Origin: an uncultured Nitrospiraceae bacterium
GTDB lineage: Bacteria; Nitrospirota; Nitrospiria; Nitrospirales; Nitrospiraceae
Assembly (NCBI GenBank): GCA_963846575.1
Contig: CAWJWJ010000002.1
Location: 480,001-544,000, forward strand
Length of the DNA: 64,000 nucleotides
Reading direction: 5' to 3'
Shown here: positions 1 through 10,449 of the stretch, in pieces
Layout of the letters: each line of letters opens with the position of its first letter
How positions within the stretch are numbered: position 1 is the first letter of the stretch
Position numbers and translations under genes: made by a program
Notes under the pieces: model-generated
What the model was told of the DNA's origin: nothing
Database searches by the model: none
The model's input: the letters and a program-made list of their open reading frames with translations, nothing else

Positions 1-284
1 ATTGCGGCAATCTCTTGAAGGCGCAACTGGGCGCGCTGTTTCGCTTCCGGTTCCGAGAGGGCGGATACCCGCTTCTTGGCGAGTTTGTCGAACTCGGCCT
101 GGATGTCTCGGAAATCGCGTTGAAGGTGTTTCATCATGGAGCAGGGATCACAATACCACTTCGGGCTTTGGTCCGAAGCCGGTGAGAGGCGATCGTAGGT
201 GCGTCCGAAAAAATCCTTACCCAGCGACAGCTTCATTAACGGTGTGCCTGCGGCGTTGCAGGCATTACAAGCTCCGGCATCCAT
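1..284 (-). CDS. Small zinc-ribbon-like protein (CxxC...CxxC), runs off the window start
   Basis: Manual translation: MDAGACNACNAAGTPLMKLSLGKDFFGRTYDRLSPASDQSPKWYCDPCSMMKHLQRDF...; GGAGGAG RBS upstream; divergent from ald; absent from the ORF track because it is truncated. Confidence 0.7.
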   Translation of the reverse strand, partial: MDAGACNACNAAGTPLMKLSLGKDFFGRTYDRLSPASDQSPKWYCDPCSMMKHLQRDFRDIQAEFDKLAKKRVSALSEPEAKQRAQLRLQEIAA

Positions 285-450
285 GCGCGAGGTGCTCCTC
301 CCAGAAAAAGTGATGATTGACAGCCCGCGGATCTTACCGCACTGAACTTTGCCGTAGCAAGGTGGACCTGTCTGCGTGGCGCATCGGTGGCCGAGGTGTT
401 CCATGTATAATGAAGTGTCACAGAGATCCGTTGTTATCAAGGAGGCTGTC

Positions 451-1554
451 ATGCTCATTGGCGTCCCGAAGGAAATCAAGGATCATGAGCATCGGGTAAG
501 TGTGACGCCGGATGGCGTCCGCATGTTAGCGAAGTCCGGACATCACGTGCTGGTGGAACCCTCGGCGGGAGAAGGCAGCGGGTTTCCGGATGAAGCCTAT
601 CGTCAAGCCGGCGCGCAGATGGCTCGTTCGAAGGCAGAATTATTCCAACAGGCGGAAATGATCGTGAAAGTCAAAGAGCCTCAGATGTCTGAGTGTGCGC
701 TCTTTCGTCCCGGCCAGGTTCTATTTACGTATTTGCATCTGGCATCATTGCCGGATCTGACCAAGGCGCTGATGGCCGCACAGGTGACCGCCATCGCCTA
801 TGAAACCGTCGAGGCCGACGACCACAGCCTCCCCATCCTGCGACCGATGAGCGAGATTGCCGGGCGGTTGTCCGTGCAGGTGGGAGCTCACTATCTGGGG
901 CAGGTGCAGGGTGGCCGCGGGCTCTTGCTGGCAGGAGTTCCCGGTGTGCCGCCTGGGCATGTGGTCGTCCTGGGAGCCGGAGTTGTGGGAACGTCCGCGG
1001 TCAGGATTGCGGTCGGCATGGGAGCGCGGGTTACGGTGATCAACTTGGACCTTGACCGCTTGCGGGCTCTCGACGATTTGTACGGTGGACGCATCGAGAC
1101 CTGCGCTGCGACGGAATCAGCGATCAGGCGTGCCATCGCCGAGGCTGATCTGGTGATCGGCGCAGTGTTGGTGCCTGGCGCGCGCGCGCCAAAGGTCATC
1201 TCGCGAGACATGGTATCGACCATGAATCCTGGCTCTGTAATTGTAGACGTGGCGGTTGATCAAGGCGGGTGCAGCGAAACAACACAGCCCACCACCCACT
1301 CGGATCCCGTCTATGCGGTTGACGGCGTGCTACATTATTGCGTCACAAATATGCCGGGCATTGTTCCCCATACGTCAACCCTGGCCTTGACCAATACGAC
1401 CTTGCCGTACATTCTCCGACTCGCTTCGGAGGGCGTTGAGCACGCTATTCATTCGGATGCTGGCCTAGCCAAAGGGGTGAACGTGAGAAACGGCGCAATC
1501 ACCTGTCAGGCGGTGGCCGAAGCACATGGCTTGCGTTTTACATCCATCTTGTAA
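451..1554 (+). CDS. ald: Alanine dehydrogenase
   Basis: [17 protein letters not shown]-terminus, [29 protein letters not shown] motifs; AGGAGG RBS before ATG 451. Confidence 0.95.
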   Translation: MLIGVPKEIKDHEHRVSVTPDGVRMLAKSGHHVLVEPSAGEGSGFPDEAYRQAGAQMARSKAELFQQAEMIVKVKEPQMSECALFRPGQVLFTYLHLASLPDLTKALMAAQVTAIAYETVEADDHSLPILRPMSEIAGRLSVQVGAHYLGQVQGGRGLLLAGVPGVPPGHVVVLGAGVVGTSAVRIAVGMGARVTVINLDLDRLRALDDLYGGRIETCAATESAIRRAIAEADLVIGAVLVPGARAPKVISRDMVSTMNPGSVIVDVAVDQGGCSETTQPTTHSDPVYAVDGVLHYCVTNMPGIVPHTSTLALTNTTLPYILRLASEGVEHAIHSDAGLAKGVNVRNGAITCQAVAEAHGLRFTSIL

Positions 1555-1588
1555 GACAATCCGGAACTCGTGCTCGGTTCTGCCCGGT

Positions 1589-1667
<79 letters not shown>

Positions 1668-1981
1668 ACCGCACTTCGTTCGAAGCTGCGGAGATGCCAC
1701 CTCTCTCACCCGCACAAACGTCTTCTCAATCCGGCGCCTGTGGTGCGCAGCCGAGACACTGCTCCTCCCGGCACTGTCGGGTCGTTGCACGGGAATTTTA
1801 TCGAAATATCCGGGCGCTTATGCTCCGTACTCGATCGTCCGATATATCACTACAAACAGTGCGATGGTGCCGCGTAAACTCGCAAATCGCGTGACGACGT
1901 ATGGGAGCTGTGAGAGTATCCTTTCCTGGGTGCCGTGCGGAACGGGTGACGGTTGTCCCGCCACGTAGAGGCTTGCGAAGC

Positions 1982-2269
1982 ATGACCACAACCGGTGCCG
2001 AGGTACATGCCAAGATTCTGGTAAGCGGACACGTGCAAGGGGTGGGCTATCGGGCGTTCGCCTGCCGAATGGCGGTTTCGCGCGGACTCAAGGGCGGCGT
2101 AGAAAACCTCGATAGCGGGCAAGTGGCCTTGGATGTCGAAGGGGGCAAGGAGTCGGTTGAAGCATTATTAGTGGATCTCAAAAAGGGTCCGGTCGGGGCA
2201 CGCGTGATCCAGCTCCAAGTAGAGTGGAGTGCAGCGACGGGCCGACATCACGATTTCACGATTTGGTAG
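1982..2269 (+). CDS. acyP: Acylphosphatase
   Basis: [11 protein letters not shown] signature, G-V-N-L..G-V. Confidence 0.9.
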   Translation: MTTTGAEVHAKILVSGHVQGVGYRAFACRMAVSRGLKGGVENLDSGQVALDVEGGKESVEALLVDLKKGPVGARVIQLQVEWSAATGRHHDFTIW

Positions 2270-2283
2270 CAGGTACTGATCTT

Positions 2284-3282
2284 ATGGCTCGACGCGCAAC
2301 AGTTCGTCAGACAGCTGAGATGAATCCGGCCGCTGCGGTTCGCCGGCCTCGTGCCGCCCGCGCTGAGGAGGACGACGACGGGGATCCGCAGGAAGGTCCT
2401 GAGGCCGAAGCCTCCGGAGCGGAAAGTCGCCCCGCGGAATCGGGACGGGCTGAAGGCCTCGACACGATAAAAAGTTATTTGAGAGAAGTTCGTAAATCGA
2501 CGCTGTTGAATTTCAAACAGGAACAGTCGTTAGGTAAGCGGGTCATGGCCGGCGATGAAGCCGCGCGCCAGGAAATGATCGAGGCCAACCTCCGTCTGGT
2601 CATCAGCATCGGGAAGCGCTACATGAACCGTGGATTCCCGTTTGCCGATATCGTCGAGGAAGGCAATCTTGGCCTGATCAAGGCGGTGGAAAAGTTCAAT
2701 TATAAACGGGGCTTCCGTTTCAGCACCTACGCGTCCTGGTGGATTCGTCAATTTATCGAGCGTGCGATTATCAATCAGGGCAAGTTGGTTCGGCTGCCCG
2801 TGCATGTGGTCGAGCGATTGAACCGCTACCTGGGCAAGGTGGAGCAATTGGTGCATGAGTTGGGACGGGAACCCCGGACCGATGAAGTCGCCGCCAAGTT
2901 GAAAACGAGCGAGGAAGAAGTCGACGATCTGAAGCAACTCGTCCGTACCACCTGCTCCCTCGACAGTCCGATCAGTGATCGACAAGATACCTTTCTACGG
3001 GACGTGATCGAGGACCCCCTCTGCCTCACGCCGGCCGAGACGACCGAAGGGGTGATGCGGCGGGCGGAGCTCATGGCGTGGGTGAAAGAGCTGCCCGAGA
3101 AGGAACGCACGGTCATTTTGGCCCGGTTTGGGCTTGACGGCGCCGAGTCGCGGACGTTAGAAGAGATCGGTCGCGAAATGGGACTGACTCGAGAGCGGGT
3201 ACGCCAAATTGAAACGGCGGCACTTGTCAGGCTCCGAGGAATTATCGAACGCAAAACTATGAAGCGGGGCGATCTCCTATGA
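2284..3282 (+). CDS. rpoS: RNA polymerase sigma-70 factor, RpoS/RpoD-like (no region 1.1)
   Basis: [50 protein letters not shown]; ~330 aa. The rpoS assignment is an inference from length and region 4. Confidence 0.8.
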   Translation: MARRATVRQTAEMNPAAAVRRPRAARAEEDDDGDPQEGPEAEASGAESRPAESGRAEGLDTIKSYLREVRKSTLLNFKQEQSLGKRVMAGDEAARQEMIEANLRLVISIGKRYMNRGFPFADIVEEGNLGLIKAVEKFNYKRGFRFSTYASWWIRQFIERAIINQGKLVRLPVHVVERLNRYLGKVEQLVHELGREPRTDEVAAKLKTSEEEVDDLKQLVRTTCSLDSPISDRQDTFLRDVIEDPLCLTPAETTEGVMRRAELMAWVKELPEKERTVILARFGLDGAESRTLEEIGREMGLTRERVRQIETAALVRLRGIIERKTMKRGDLL

Positions 3283-3306
3283 GAACGTCCCGACGCCACC
3301 GCCATC

Positions 3307-3822
3307 ATGAACTACAAAGCCCTCATCCGAGAAGTCCCCAACTTTCCTAAGCCCGGCATTCTGTTTTACGACATTACGACCCTCCTCAAAGACGCGCAGG
3401 CGTTTCGGGCCATCGCCGACGAGCTGGCGACGCGGTATCAGGGGCAGGGCATCGCGAAGGTAATCGGTATCGAGTCGCGAGGCTTCATCCTGGGCGGGAC
3501 ATTGGCCGCTCGTCTCGGCGCCGGCTTTGTTCCCGTGCGAAAACCCGGAAAGCTCCCGGCTGATATTTTTGAGGTGCAATACAACCTTGAATACGGGTCC
3601 AGTGTATTGGCCATTCATCGGGACGCGGTGGCCATCGGCGAGCGAGTCCTGATCGTGGACGACCTGCTAGCCACAGGTGGAACGGCTGCGGCAACGGTTC
3701 ACTTGATCCGACAACTGGGTGGTGAGATTGCAGGATTGGATTTCCTCGTGGAGCTGAAAGGCCTGAACGGACGCGAGCGGCTTACCGGGTACGACGTGCA
3801 TTCGATGATCATCTATCCGTAA
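3307..3822 (+). CDS. apt: Adenine phosphoribosyltransferase
   Basis: [42 protein letters not shown]. Confidence 0.95.
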   Translation: MNYKALIREVPNFPKPGILFYDITTLLKDAQAFRAIADELATRYQGQGIAKVIGIESRGFILGGTLAARLGAGFVPVRKPGKLPADIFEVQYNLEYGSSVLAIHRDAVAIGERVLIVDDLLATGGTAAATVHLIRQLGGEIAGLDFLVELKGLNGRERLTGYDVHSMIIYP

Positions 3823-3926
3823 CTCCCCAGCCCTAGGGGAGCGAAGGGCTTGTCAAACGATTTGTAGCGTGATATACCAGCCAAACTTTTTCGCCTTGCA
3901 CTCATCACGAAAGGGTATGAGACTCT

Positions 3927-4502
3927 ATGGCGACGAAAGTCCACGCGAAGAAGAAAACACCAACGACGAAAGCCAAAGCGCTCGCTCCTGAAAAGCCTGT
4001 GAAGAAGGAGCGACCGGCACCGGTTACCCATATGACGCAAAAAGACGAAGATAGTGTAGCGGCACGTGTTGTAGCGGCGCTTACCCTCAAGGAAACGCCG
4101 AAAGAGCGCGAGGAGCGCCAGCATCGCCGTGAGGTGTTGCAGCGCATGTTGCTCGGCAAACGTCAGGAAATCATGCGGGAGATCGAGGGCAATCTGGGTC
4201 AGTCCCTGACGGAAGATCAGCAGCGCCGCCTGGAATCTGCCCGTGACGTGGGCGATCAGGCCCTCATGGACCTGGATCGGGAACTGGGCATCTCATTGAT
4301 GGAGATGCGCAATCGGAAGCGTCAAGCGATCGACGAGGCCTTGACCCGCTTGAACGAGGGAACGTACGGGATCTGCGCGGAATGCGGCATCGAAGTGAGT
4401 GAAAAGCGGTTAGAAGCGGTGCCGTTCGCCAAGCTCTGTGTCCAATGCCAGTCTCGGCAGGAATTACTGGAAAAGATCGAGAAGGAAGAGGACCGCGACT
4501 AG
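3927..4502 (+). CDS. dksA: DksA/TraR C4-type zinc finger protein
   Basis: Coiled coil with DVGD tip; GTYGICAECG...RLEAVPFAKLCVQC. Confidence 0.85.
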   Translation: MATKVHAKKKTPTTKAKALAPEKPVKKERPAPVTHMTQKDEDSVAARVVAALTLKETPKEREERQHRREVLQRMLLGKRQEIMREIEGNLGQSLTEDQQRRLESARDVGDQALMDLDRELGISLMEMRNRKRQAIDEALTRLNEGTYGICAECGIEVSEKRLEAVPFAKLCVQCQSRQELLEKIEKEEDRD

Positions 4503-4617
4503 TCCCCTGGGCTGGTCGCATCAGTACTACAGTTCTTGAGCATTGTGTTGCGCCGCGGGGCAGCTTTCGCGACCCTCTCGCCTGTGCCGGTGATCCACCC
4601 CTTTTCTTCCTCTATCT

Positions 4618-5316
4618 ATGACTCAGGTCGTTCCCAGGGCAGTCGTGTTGCTCAGTGGCGGGTTGGACTCCACTGTGACAGCTGCAATCGCACAACAGGA
4701 TGGATTCGCCATTTACTGTGTGACGGTTTCCTACGGACAGCGTCATGCTATTGAGATCGAACGGGCACAGGCGGCCGCCCGGGCGCTCGGGGCACTGGGG
4801 CATGTCGTGGTGGACGTGGACCTGAGAGCGTTCGGCGGCTCCGCTCTGACCGATGACATGGAGGTCCCCAAAGACCGCACGGAAGCAGAGCGCTCAGGGG
4901 CGATTCCGGTCACCTATGTTCCCGCAAGAAACACCGTCTTTCTGTCGCTGGCCTTGGCTTATGCCGAGCGGGTCGGTGCGCGGACGATCTATTTTGGTGC
5001 GAATGTCCTGGATTACTCCGGATACCCGGACTGCCGGCCTGAATTTATCCGCGCGTTTGAGGCCGTTGCGCGGCTGGGCACAAAGATGGGCGTCGAAGGC
5101 GAAGCGATCGAGGTCCGCGCACCCCTGCTCATGAAGTCGAAGGCCGAGATTGTACGATGGGGGAAGGAACTGCGCGTGCCGTTCGAACTGACGCACAGTT
5201 GCTATGACCCGAGCGAAGACGGCGTCGCTTGTGGACGCTGTGACAGCTGCCGCATCCGACGGGAAGGCTTTCGTCAGGCAGGAGTTGTGGATCCTGTCGC
5301 TTATGCGATACCCTGA
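4618..5316 (+). CDS. queC: 7-cyano-7-deazaguanine synthase
   Basis: VLLSGGLDS, YGQRH, TYVPARN, DYSGYPDCRPEF, SCY...CGRCDSC. Confidence 0.96.
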   Translation: MTQVVPRAVVLLSGGLDSTVTAAIAQQDGFAIYCVTVSYGQRHAIEIERAQAAARALGALGHVVVDVDLRAFGGSALTDDMEVPKDRTEAERSGAIPVTYVPARNTVFLSLALAYAERVGARTIYFGANVLDYSGYPDCRPEFIRAFEAVARLGTKMGVEGEAIEVRAPLLMKSKAEIVRWGKELRVPFELTHSCYDPSEDGVACGRCDSCRIRREGFRQAGVVDPVAYAIP

Positions 5317-5433
5317 CTGAAGTCGGACTGACCATCAGAGAGAGAAACGAGTCGTTCTCAGGGGGGATGACCGTTTTCGATTCCCTCCCAGCCCTGTAGG
5401 GTGCGGTCACGCAATATTCTGGAGAACGTACCT

Positions 5434-5610
5434 ATGACACCCGAAGAATTCTTCATGTATCTCATCATCGGTCTTGTGATCGTCGCGCCTATCGGTGCGC
5501 GGATCTATCGGCGATTGACCCTGAATCGAACAACCCGGATGTTGCGTGAGCAATTGAACCAATCCCAGGGAGCCCCCTCCACCGTTCCCAGGCCGGAGCC
5601 CCCGCGATGA
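5434..5610 (+). CDS. Small single-TM hypothetical protein
   Basis: GGAGA RBS; hydrophobic segment FFMYLIIGLVIVAPIG; ATGA overlap with the cytochrome c gene. Confidence 0.6.
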   Translation: MTPEEFFMYLIIGLVIVAPIGARIYRRLTLNRTTRMLREQLNQSQGAPSTVPRPEPPR

Positions 5611-6029
5611 GGCCCCTCACGTGGAATGGTGAACGGGCGAACGTATTGCTGCGTGTAACCGCGATAGGTTTGTTGTCGGCTGTGCTGGCGGCTTGTGACA
5701 CGAGTGCCACGAGTCCGGAGGCCGCGAAGGCCCCGGGGGGCGCTACGCCAACGGAATTTCAGGTGGGCGAAACAAAGTTTGCCGCCAACTGTGCCGCCTG
5801 CCATGGCGTTCGAGGAGTCGGGACCAAGCAAGGCCCTCCGTTGGTCCATAAGGTCTACGAACCGAATCATCATGCCGATGCTGCCTTCCAGCGGGCAGCG
5901 GAGAATGGCGTTCGTGCTCATCATTGGGAGTTCGGCAACATGCCGAAGGTCGAAGGGGTAACCGCGGGGGACGTGGATCACATTATCCGCTACGTGCGAT
6001 GGCTGCAACGGGAGGCCGGCATTTATTAG
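5607..6029 (+). CDS. Monoheme cytochrome c lipoprotein
   Basis: Lipobox LAAC, CAACH heme motif, distal Met in HHWEFGNMP. Confidence 0.85.
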   Translation: MRPLTWNGERANVLLRVTAIGLLSAVLAACDTSATSPEAAKAPGGATPTEFQVGETKFAANCAACHGVRGVGTKQGPPLVHKVYEPNHHADAAFQRAAENGVRAHHWEFGNMPKVEGVTAGDVDHIIRYVRWLQREAGIY

Positions 6030-6213
6030 TATCGCGCCTTCTGTGCGTCGAAATCCCTGCATCCCTGCTCTTCTCTGCTGTTCCAGCACCATCCCCGTTT
6101 GACAAGGCATTCAAGTGGTTCGTAAGGTATTCGCATGGCCTCGCGAGGCTTCAGATCGCGCTGGACGCCACCGGGCGTAACTCGTGGGCCTCGGTCCAAC
6201 AGAGGAGGAACCT

Positions 6214-7041
6214 ATGAGACAGGGAGCCGGGTTGATGGTGGCGATAATGACGGCTGTGCTGGCTACGTCTGGCTGCGTCGCGATCGAGGCGGGCCATGAA
6301 GGGGTTTTGGTTCAACAACCTTTTTTCTTCGGTCATGGAGGCGTCGATCCCGAGCCCACGAAGACCGGACGCGTCTGGGTTGCACCCACCACGAAGGTAC
6401 AGGAAGTCGACATCAGGCCGCTCCAGTACTCGGAGCACTTCGACATCATTTCGGCGGAAAATGCCCCGGTTTCCTTCGATGCGTTCATGATCGCTAACGT
6501 CATTGAAGGCCGGTCACCGGAACTAATCAGTCGCTACGGTCCCAGCTGGTATCAGAACAACGTCAAGGAAGCTTTCCGCACCTTCGTTCGGGAAGAAGTG
6601 CAGCGGTACCCGCTCTTTCAATTGACTACCGATCCCACGACCAGAACCAAGTTGCAGGATGCCATAGCGCGTGAGGTTCAGACCAAGCTCATCGACAAAC
6701 AAACGATGCCGATTCGCCTCAATCGCGTTGTGGTGGGCAGCATCCTGCCGCCCAAAGGTGTAGTCGAACAGACGACCCAAACCATCGTGCAGGAACAGCG
6801 GAAGCTCACCATGGTTGAGTTTCAGAAGGCGGAAGAGGCGCGCGAAAAGGCTGAAAAGCAGCGTGGGATCGCCGACCGTGCGTATCGGGAATCATTGGGA
6901 CTGACCGCACCGGAATTCGTCGATTTGCGTCGGGTCGAAGTTCAGAAGGAGATCGTTCAGCACTCACCGGCGGCTTTGACCGTCATCATGGGACTGGAGC
7001 GCTTCGGAGTCAACCTTCCGCCCATCGCGGGGGATCGGTAG
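6214..7041 (+). CDS. SPFH/Band 7/prohibitin family membrane protein
   Basis: GAGGAGG RBS; N-terminal anchor, IEAGHEGVLV, C-terminal coiled coil EEAREKAEKQR. Confidence 0.8.
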   Translation: MRQGAGLMVAIMTAVLATSGCVAIEAGHEGVLVQQPFFFGHGGVDPEPTKTGRVWVAPTTKVQEVDIRPLQYSEHFDIISAENAPVSFDAFMIANVIEGRSPELISRYGPSWYQNNVKEAFRTFVREEVQRYPLFQLTTDPTTRTKLQDAIAREVQTKLIDKQTMPIRLNRVVVGSILPPKGVVEQTTQTIVQEQRKLTMVEFQKAEEAREKAEKQRGIADRAYRESLGLTAPEFVDLRRVEVQKEIVQHSPAALTVIMGLERFGVNLPPIAGDR

Positions 7042-7081
7042 TCACGGCAATCGGAATGCCTGTCGGGCAGAAGCGGGGAGA

Positions 7082-7109
7082 GACGAGCCGGACGTGGAGA
7101 CGGCTCGTC
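7082..7109. terminator. Hairpin between convergent genes (possible bidirectional terminator)
   Basis: GACGAGCCG-N10-CGGCTCGTC perfect 9-bp stem. Confidence 0.5.
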
Positions 7110-7125
7110 CTCCAATCCTCGCGGA

Positions 7126-7857
7126 TTATTTCACCAGCCACACTCGATACGTTTTTGTATTAAGAGGTTTGGCGATCTTGAGGGTGCCGATCTCTCCGGG
7201 ATTCATCACGTCGTCCCCGGTCGTGGTTTTTCTTGCCGGGTACCGGGTGCTCCGTAGCAAAATGCCCTGGTCATCATAAAACTCTACCATCACATCCGCC
7301 GATTCTCGCAGCGTACCCTGGTACGCGGTGCTAAGCCAGTCGAGACGTTTCAGCGCCTGGTACACGACGACGACGGTGCCATCAGGTTCTTCTCGCGTGC
7401 TGAGGATCCGCAGCGCCCGGTTCTGATCCACGGCAAGCTCACCGCCGGTACTGGCCTGGGACAGCAGCACTCGTTCCACGCCTTCCGGGTGAAAGTCCGC
7501 CCTGACCTTGCAGTAGACTGTCCGCCCCTTGTCGCTTTGCTCCAGAATCTGTTGGCCGCTGACATATTGTGCGGCTAAGGTGTGGACCAGATTGTGAAAC
7601 GCTTTGGAATCCACCAGCGAGGCTGTCCGCTCGCGAACCGCGGCCGTCGTGCTGATAGCTTGATGCAGGGCTTCCAGGCAAGCCGTTTGTTTGGCTTCGG
7701 AGAGGGTTTCAGGTGCGTGATAGGCATATCGATAATCCCCCACAATTTCGATGGCCGGCGTGACCGAAAGCGCGAGCGAGGGGATACCGAATGCGATGCA
7801 CTGTAGGACACATGCCAGCAGCGCAGGACTGGTTAAGAGGGATCGTAGTCGGGTCAT
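7126..7857 (-). CDS. Exported hypothetical protein
   Basis: Long ORF with signal-peptide-like N-terminus; start codon uncertain. Confidence 0.7.
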   Translation of the reverse strand: MTRLRSLLTSPALLACVLQCIAFGIPSLALSVTPAIEIVGDYRYAYHAPETLSEAKQTACLEALHQAISTTAAVRERTASLVDSKAFHNLVHTLAAQYVSGQQILEQSDKGRTVYCKVRADFHPEGVERVLLSQASTGGELAVDQNRALRILSTREEPDGTVVVVYQALKRLDWLSTAYQGTLRESADVMVEFYDDQGILLRSTRYPARKTTTGDDVMNPGEIGTLKIAKPLNTKTYRVWLVK

Positions 7858-8154
7858 CACAAGCCACCTACCTTTCTGGGGCAAGTTTCGGATCGGTCGG
7901 GATGCCAATCGCCAAGCGGCGGCTCTCAGTCATGCTACCACGCGGTCGAACCGTCAGCAATGTGACTCAACCCGGACGGGCAGCCATCGTTCTCTGATCA
8001 CGTACATGGCGGTGTGTGATCCTGCCGGTCTCTTCATATGAGAGCGAGCGGACCATCGAGGCCGATAAGGGGGAGAATTGCAGCCTCCTGCTGCGAGAAA
8101 CCCTCGGATGCCTTGACTTGATTGAGCGCTTCACTCAAACTCTGGCAGCACACT

Positions 8155-10419
8155 ATGTACGATGGTACCGAGCAAGACCTGCTTTGCCTCCTCGCCTCGC
8201 GGGCCGGAATTTCTGCCGAGTTTTACGACATCGCCGGCACTCTTCACACCACCAGCGAGCACACGACCCGGGCTATCTTGTCCGCGATGGGCTTTTGCGT
8301 CGATTCGCGTGAGGCGCTGGCTCAGGAACTTACCAGGTGGGACGAGGCTATCTGGCGGCAGCCCTGCGATCCCATTCTCATCCTCCAGCAGGGCTATGAG
8401 TCGGTGCACTGGTCATTGCGACTTCTGCTTGAGGGAGAGGACGAACAGCGGGTGGCCGTCCGATGGCATGTGACCGATGAAAAAGGCACGGTCGTTCATC
8501 GCGCGGAAGCCGGCCCCCACTTGGTCGCGGCAGAGGAGCAGGATCTGGGGGGGCGCCGCGCTGTGCGGTTTCAATTGCCGCTCGTTGCCGACTTGCCGCT
8601 CGGGTATTACGATCTCTCGGTGATGGCTAGAGGAAGCCATGAAGAGACGCAGGGATCACTCCGTGTCGTCGTCGCTCCGCCGCACTGTTACGTGCCGGAA
8701 GGTATGGCCAACGGGGAGCGGGTCTGGGGCCTGGCGATACAACTGTATTCGCTGCGATCCCGGGCGAATTGGGGGGTCGGCGACTTTTCAGATCTGGCCC
8801 AGTTGGTCGAATGGGCGGGGAGGGATTTGGGCGCCGGGATCATCGGCTTGAATCCGCTACACGCGTTAAAAAATACCCGTCCCCACCATCTGAGTCCCTA
8901 CTCACCGACGAGTCGGCTCTTTTTGAACGAACTCTATATCGATGTCGAACGTTTGCCGGAATATCGCAGTTCGCCGGAAGCGCAGCGGTTACGGAACAGT
9001 CCGGAGTTTCAGAACGAGTTGGAGCGGGTCCGGCAAGCGGACCATCTTGATTCCGAGGCCGTGGTGAAGCTGAAGCGCACCATGTTGGATTTTGCCTACC
9101 GTCAGTTTCTCACCGACAACTACACAGGGATTGAGCCCTCCCTGCAGCCGGCCAGCGCGCGCGGGTGGTTACTCGAACGGTTTATTCGCGACGAGGGTGA
9201 ATCGCTTGAACGGTTCGCCTTGTTTCAGGTTCTGGAGGAAGAGAGGCGTTTGGTCGAGCTGGCTCCCAAGCTATGGCCCGAGTGGCCTGACCAGTACCGG
9301 ACTCCCGGTTTGCCGGCATTACGAGAATTCTTCAGGCGACATCGCAAGCGGGTCCGGTTCTTCCAATATATGCAGTGGATTGCGGCCGATCAGTTGAAGG
9401 AGGCCAAGGTCCGCGCGTCTCAGGTACAGATGACGGTGGGATTGTATCCCGATCTGGCGCTAGGCAGCGATCGCAACGGCGGCGAGGCCTGGATGTTACA
9501 GGACGTCCTGGCATTGGGAGCGGACTGCGGAGCTCCTCCTGATGCGTTTGCTCCACAAGGGCAGAACTGGGGCTTTTCGCCATTTCACCCGCTTCGCCTC
9601 AAAGCCACGGGGTATCGCTCCTTCGTGGAGCTATTACGGAAAACCCTCCGCCAGGGTGGGGCTGTCCGCATCGACCACGTCATGATGTTGTTCCGGCTAT
9701 TTTGGGTTCCCCGTGGATTGACTGCGGCGGCGGGGGCATACGTGCAATACCCCGCCGAAGACCTGCTCCGTCTGCTGGCGTTGGAGAGCATGCGCGCTCA
9801 GACGCTGGTGATCGGTGAAGACTTGGGCACGGTACCGGATTACGTGCGAGAACAGCTCGCGCGCTACAAGATCCTCTCCTACCGCGTCCTCTACTTCGAG
9901 CGTAACTGGAATGACGGGTCGTTCAACCCGCCTGCGGACTACCCGGAGCAATCGCTGGCGGTCGTCACTACGCACGATCTTCCCACCCTGACCGGTTACT
10001 GGGAGGGAGAGGATATCCGGCTACGCGCGAGTCTCGGCATGTATGCGAGCGAAGAGGCCCGTCTGCAGGCTGTTGAGGAGCGGATGCGGGACAAGGGGCA
10101 CATGCTTGCGGCCCTCAGGCAAGCGGGACTCCTGCCGTCAGATCTGAGCGACCGACCGGAAGAGGTGCCCCGGATGACACCGGAACTCTGCCGGGTGATC
10201 CATGCCTATCTCGCAACATCCAAGGCCTGGATTGTGATGGCGAACCTTGACGATCTCATCGGCGAAGTGACACAAATGAACCTGCCCGGGACTTTGGATG
10301 CCTATCCGAACTGGTCTCGAAAGTTATCGCTGTTGCTCGAGGAGCTTCAACGGGATGAACGAGTGCAATCGCTTGCCGCGGCCGTGCGCGCCGTCCGTTC
10401 CCCTGCCGCCAGCCAATAG
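8155..10419 (+). CDS. malQ: 4-alpha-glucanotransferase (amylomaltase, GH77)
   Basis: WGLAIQLYSLRS..NWGVGDF, GLNPLH, SPYSP, DLALG, GAPPDAF..GQNWG, RIDH, GEDLG, THDLPT. Confidence 0.95.
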   Translation: MYDGTEQDLLCLLASRAGISAEFYDIAGTLHTTSEHTTRAILSAMGFCVDSREALAQELTRWDEAIWRQPCDPILILQQGYESVHWSLRLLLEGEDEQRVAVRWHVTDEKGTVVHRAEAGPHLVAAEEQDLGGRRAVRFQLPLVADLPLGYYDLSVMARGSHEETQGSLRVVVAPPHCYVPEGMANGERVWGLAIQLYSLRSRANWGVGDFSDLAQLVEWAGRDLGAGIIGLNPLHALKNTRPHHLSPYSPTSRLFLNELYIDVERLPEYRSSPEAQRLRNSPEFQNELERVRQADHLDSEAVVKLKRTMLDFAYRQFLTDNYTGIEPSLQPASARGWLLERFIRDEGESLERFALFQVLEEERRLVELAPKLWPEWPDQYRTPGLPALREFFRRHRKRVRFFQYMQWIAADQLKEAKVRASQVQMTVGLYPDLALGSDRNGGEAWMLQDVLALGADCGAPPDAFAPQGQNWGFSPFHPLRLKATGYRSFVELLRKTLRQGGAVRIDHVMMLFRLFWVPRGLTAAAGAYVQYPAEDLLRLLALESMRAQTLVIGEDLGTVPDYVREQLARYKILSYRVLYFERNWNDGSFNPPADYPEQSLAVVTTHDLPTLTGYWEGEDIRLRASLGMYASEEARLQAVEERMRDKGHMLAALRQAGLLPSDLSDRPEEVPRMTPELCRVIHAYLATSKAWIVMANLDDLIGEVTQMNLPGTLDAYPNWSRKLSLLLEELQRDERVQSLAAAVRAVRSPAASQ

Positions 10420-10449
10420 GCCGTGGTTGTTGCCCGGTCCGGAATCGCG

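Noticed and set aside
4503..4617. preQ1 riboswitch before queC
   Set aside because: No recognisable preQ1 stem-loop with an A-rich tail.
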